A stretch of 42,897 nucleotides of DNA from a virus. Where the stretch lies: positions 1 to 42,897 of IMG/VR virus record IMGVR_UViG_3300021437_000006, one strand, 5' to 3'. A model generated the notes under the pieces. It had not been told where the DNA came from, did no database searches, and was given only the letters and a program-made list of their open reading frames with translations. Every line of letters begins with the position of its first letter. Within the stretch, counting starts at the first letter, position 1. The position numbers and the translations under genes were made by a program. Positions 42,518 through 42,897 of the stretch are shown here, one piece after another.

Positions 42518-42575
42518 GACCAAAAAAACACTGAATCGCGCTCGAAATAAATCACACGCGAAAAATTAGAGCTCT

Positions 42576-42615
42576 TCTCGTTCGCGCGTTGGCGCCGCCG
42601 CGGCGGCGGACGAGA
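42576..42615. repeat. GC-rich palindrome or cruciform in the terminal non-coding region
   Basis: The 16-bp perfect palindrome cgccgccgcggcggcg (42593..42608) is nested in outer arms tctcgt/acgaga. The surrounding DNA is AT-rich. Confidence 0.55.
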
Positions 42616-42770
42616 TGTTCTATACAGAATGTCTATACTGATGTGATTGGATTCATTTGAATATACTAGACTGGACTTTGAAACATTGTTTTTTCAATTC
42701 AATTTCGAACCTATGGACAATAGATATAATATGGGGAGGGGTGGGGGTCGTGGTGTCCACGTTCACGATA

Positions 42771-42897
42771 CACCCTCGCCATCCAAAAAATTTAAAAAAC
42801 AAAACAAGACCTGCTTTTGACACATATTCCCATCAAAAACCACGCCAACCGATTGCCTATGTAATTTTTACATAGTTAAACTAAGCACATGACGCAA
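42771..42897. repeat. terminal direct repeat, right copy
   Basis: Identical to bases 1..127. Confidence 0.95.

Noticed and set aside
42657-42875. 72-aa plus-strand ORF running from the terminal non-coding region into the terminal repeat.
   Set aside because: Non-ATG start and no RBS. Its sequence is dictated by the G-run tract (WGGVGVVV), and it ends in the regulatory repeats upstream of the terminase genes.
1-42897. Stop-codon reassignment or an alternative genetic code.
   Set aside because: TAA, TAG and TGA all terminate well-supported genes, and many junctions are ATGA. Under the standard code the genome is almost gap-free.

Overview
The window is a complete tailed dsDNA phage genome. 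Bases 1-127 recur exactly at 42771-42897, so the contig closes on itself with a unique length of 42,770 bp. I recognise no tape-measure, sheath or tube gene, so the virion module looks podovirus-like. Coding density is very high, and TAA, TAG and TGA all act as stops.

Layout:
(1) Plus-strand late operon, 119-27694. It holds a putative small terminase, TerL, portal, scaffold and major capsid, each of the last two followed by hairpin terminators. Next come a receptor-binding block: a 1018-aa repeat-rich fibre, a permuted papain-like C92 enzyme, a 627-aa fibre with a 7-bladed beta-propeller and a 761-aa fibre with a glycine-rich C-terminus. Then come an NlpC/P60 endolysin with two membrane proteins, a 755-aa tail-hub-like protein and a run of Gln-rich ejection-type proteins that includes a GNAT-like ORF.
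(2) Minus-strand recombination operon, 27709-30176: SSB, Sak4-like ATPase and PD-(D/E)XK exonuclease.
(3) A lone plus-strand VRR-NUC gene that appears leaderless.
(4) A minus-strand early operon of about 28 tiny genes, 30855-36983. Most are chained by ATGA/GTGA/TGATG stop-start overlaps, several fall below the ORF-track cutoff, and the operon ends in an XRE-type HTH.
(5) Plus-strand prim-pol/VirE primase-helicase, 37291-39318, abutted by a ten-copy TGTAGGAT iteron array bounded by a 21-bp inverted repeat.
(6) Minus-strand accessory block, 39659-42291, with membrane and lipoprotein genes and a 170-aa tyrosine recombinase that has only the catalytic domain.

I recognise no DNA or RNA polymerase, tRNA, CRISPR array or reverse transcriptase.

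The best candidates for something new are:
- the short recombinase together with two classes of candidate target sites (the 21-bp inverted repeats around a 171-bp AT-rich segment, and GC-core palindromes flanking a two-gene lipoprotein cassette);
- the small-ORF locus coupled to an Aca-like HTH;
- the unusual receptor-binding arsenal.

All functional calls rest on motifs read by eye. None was verified by a database search.
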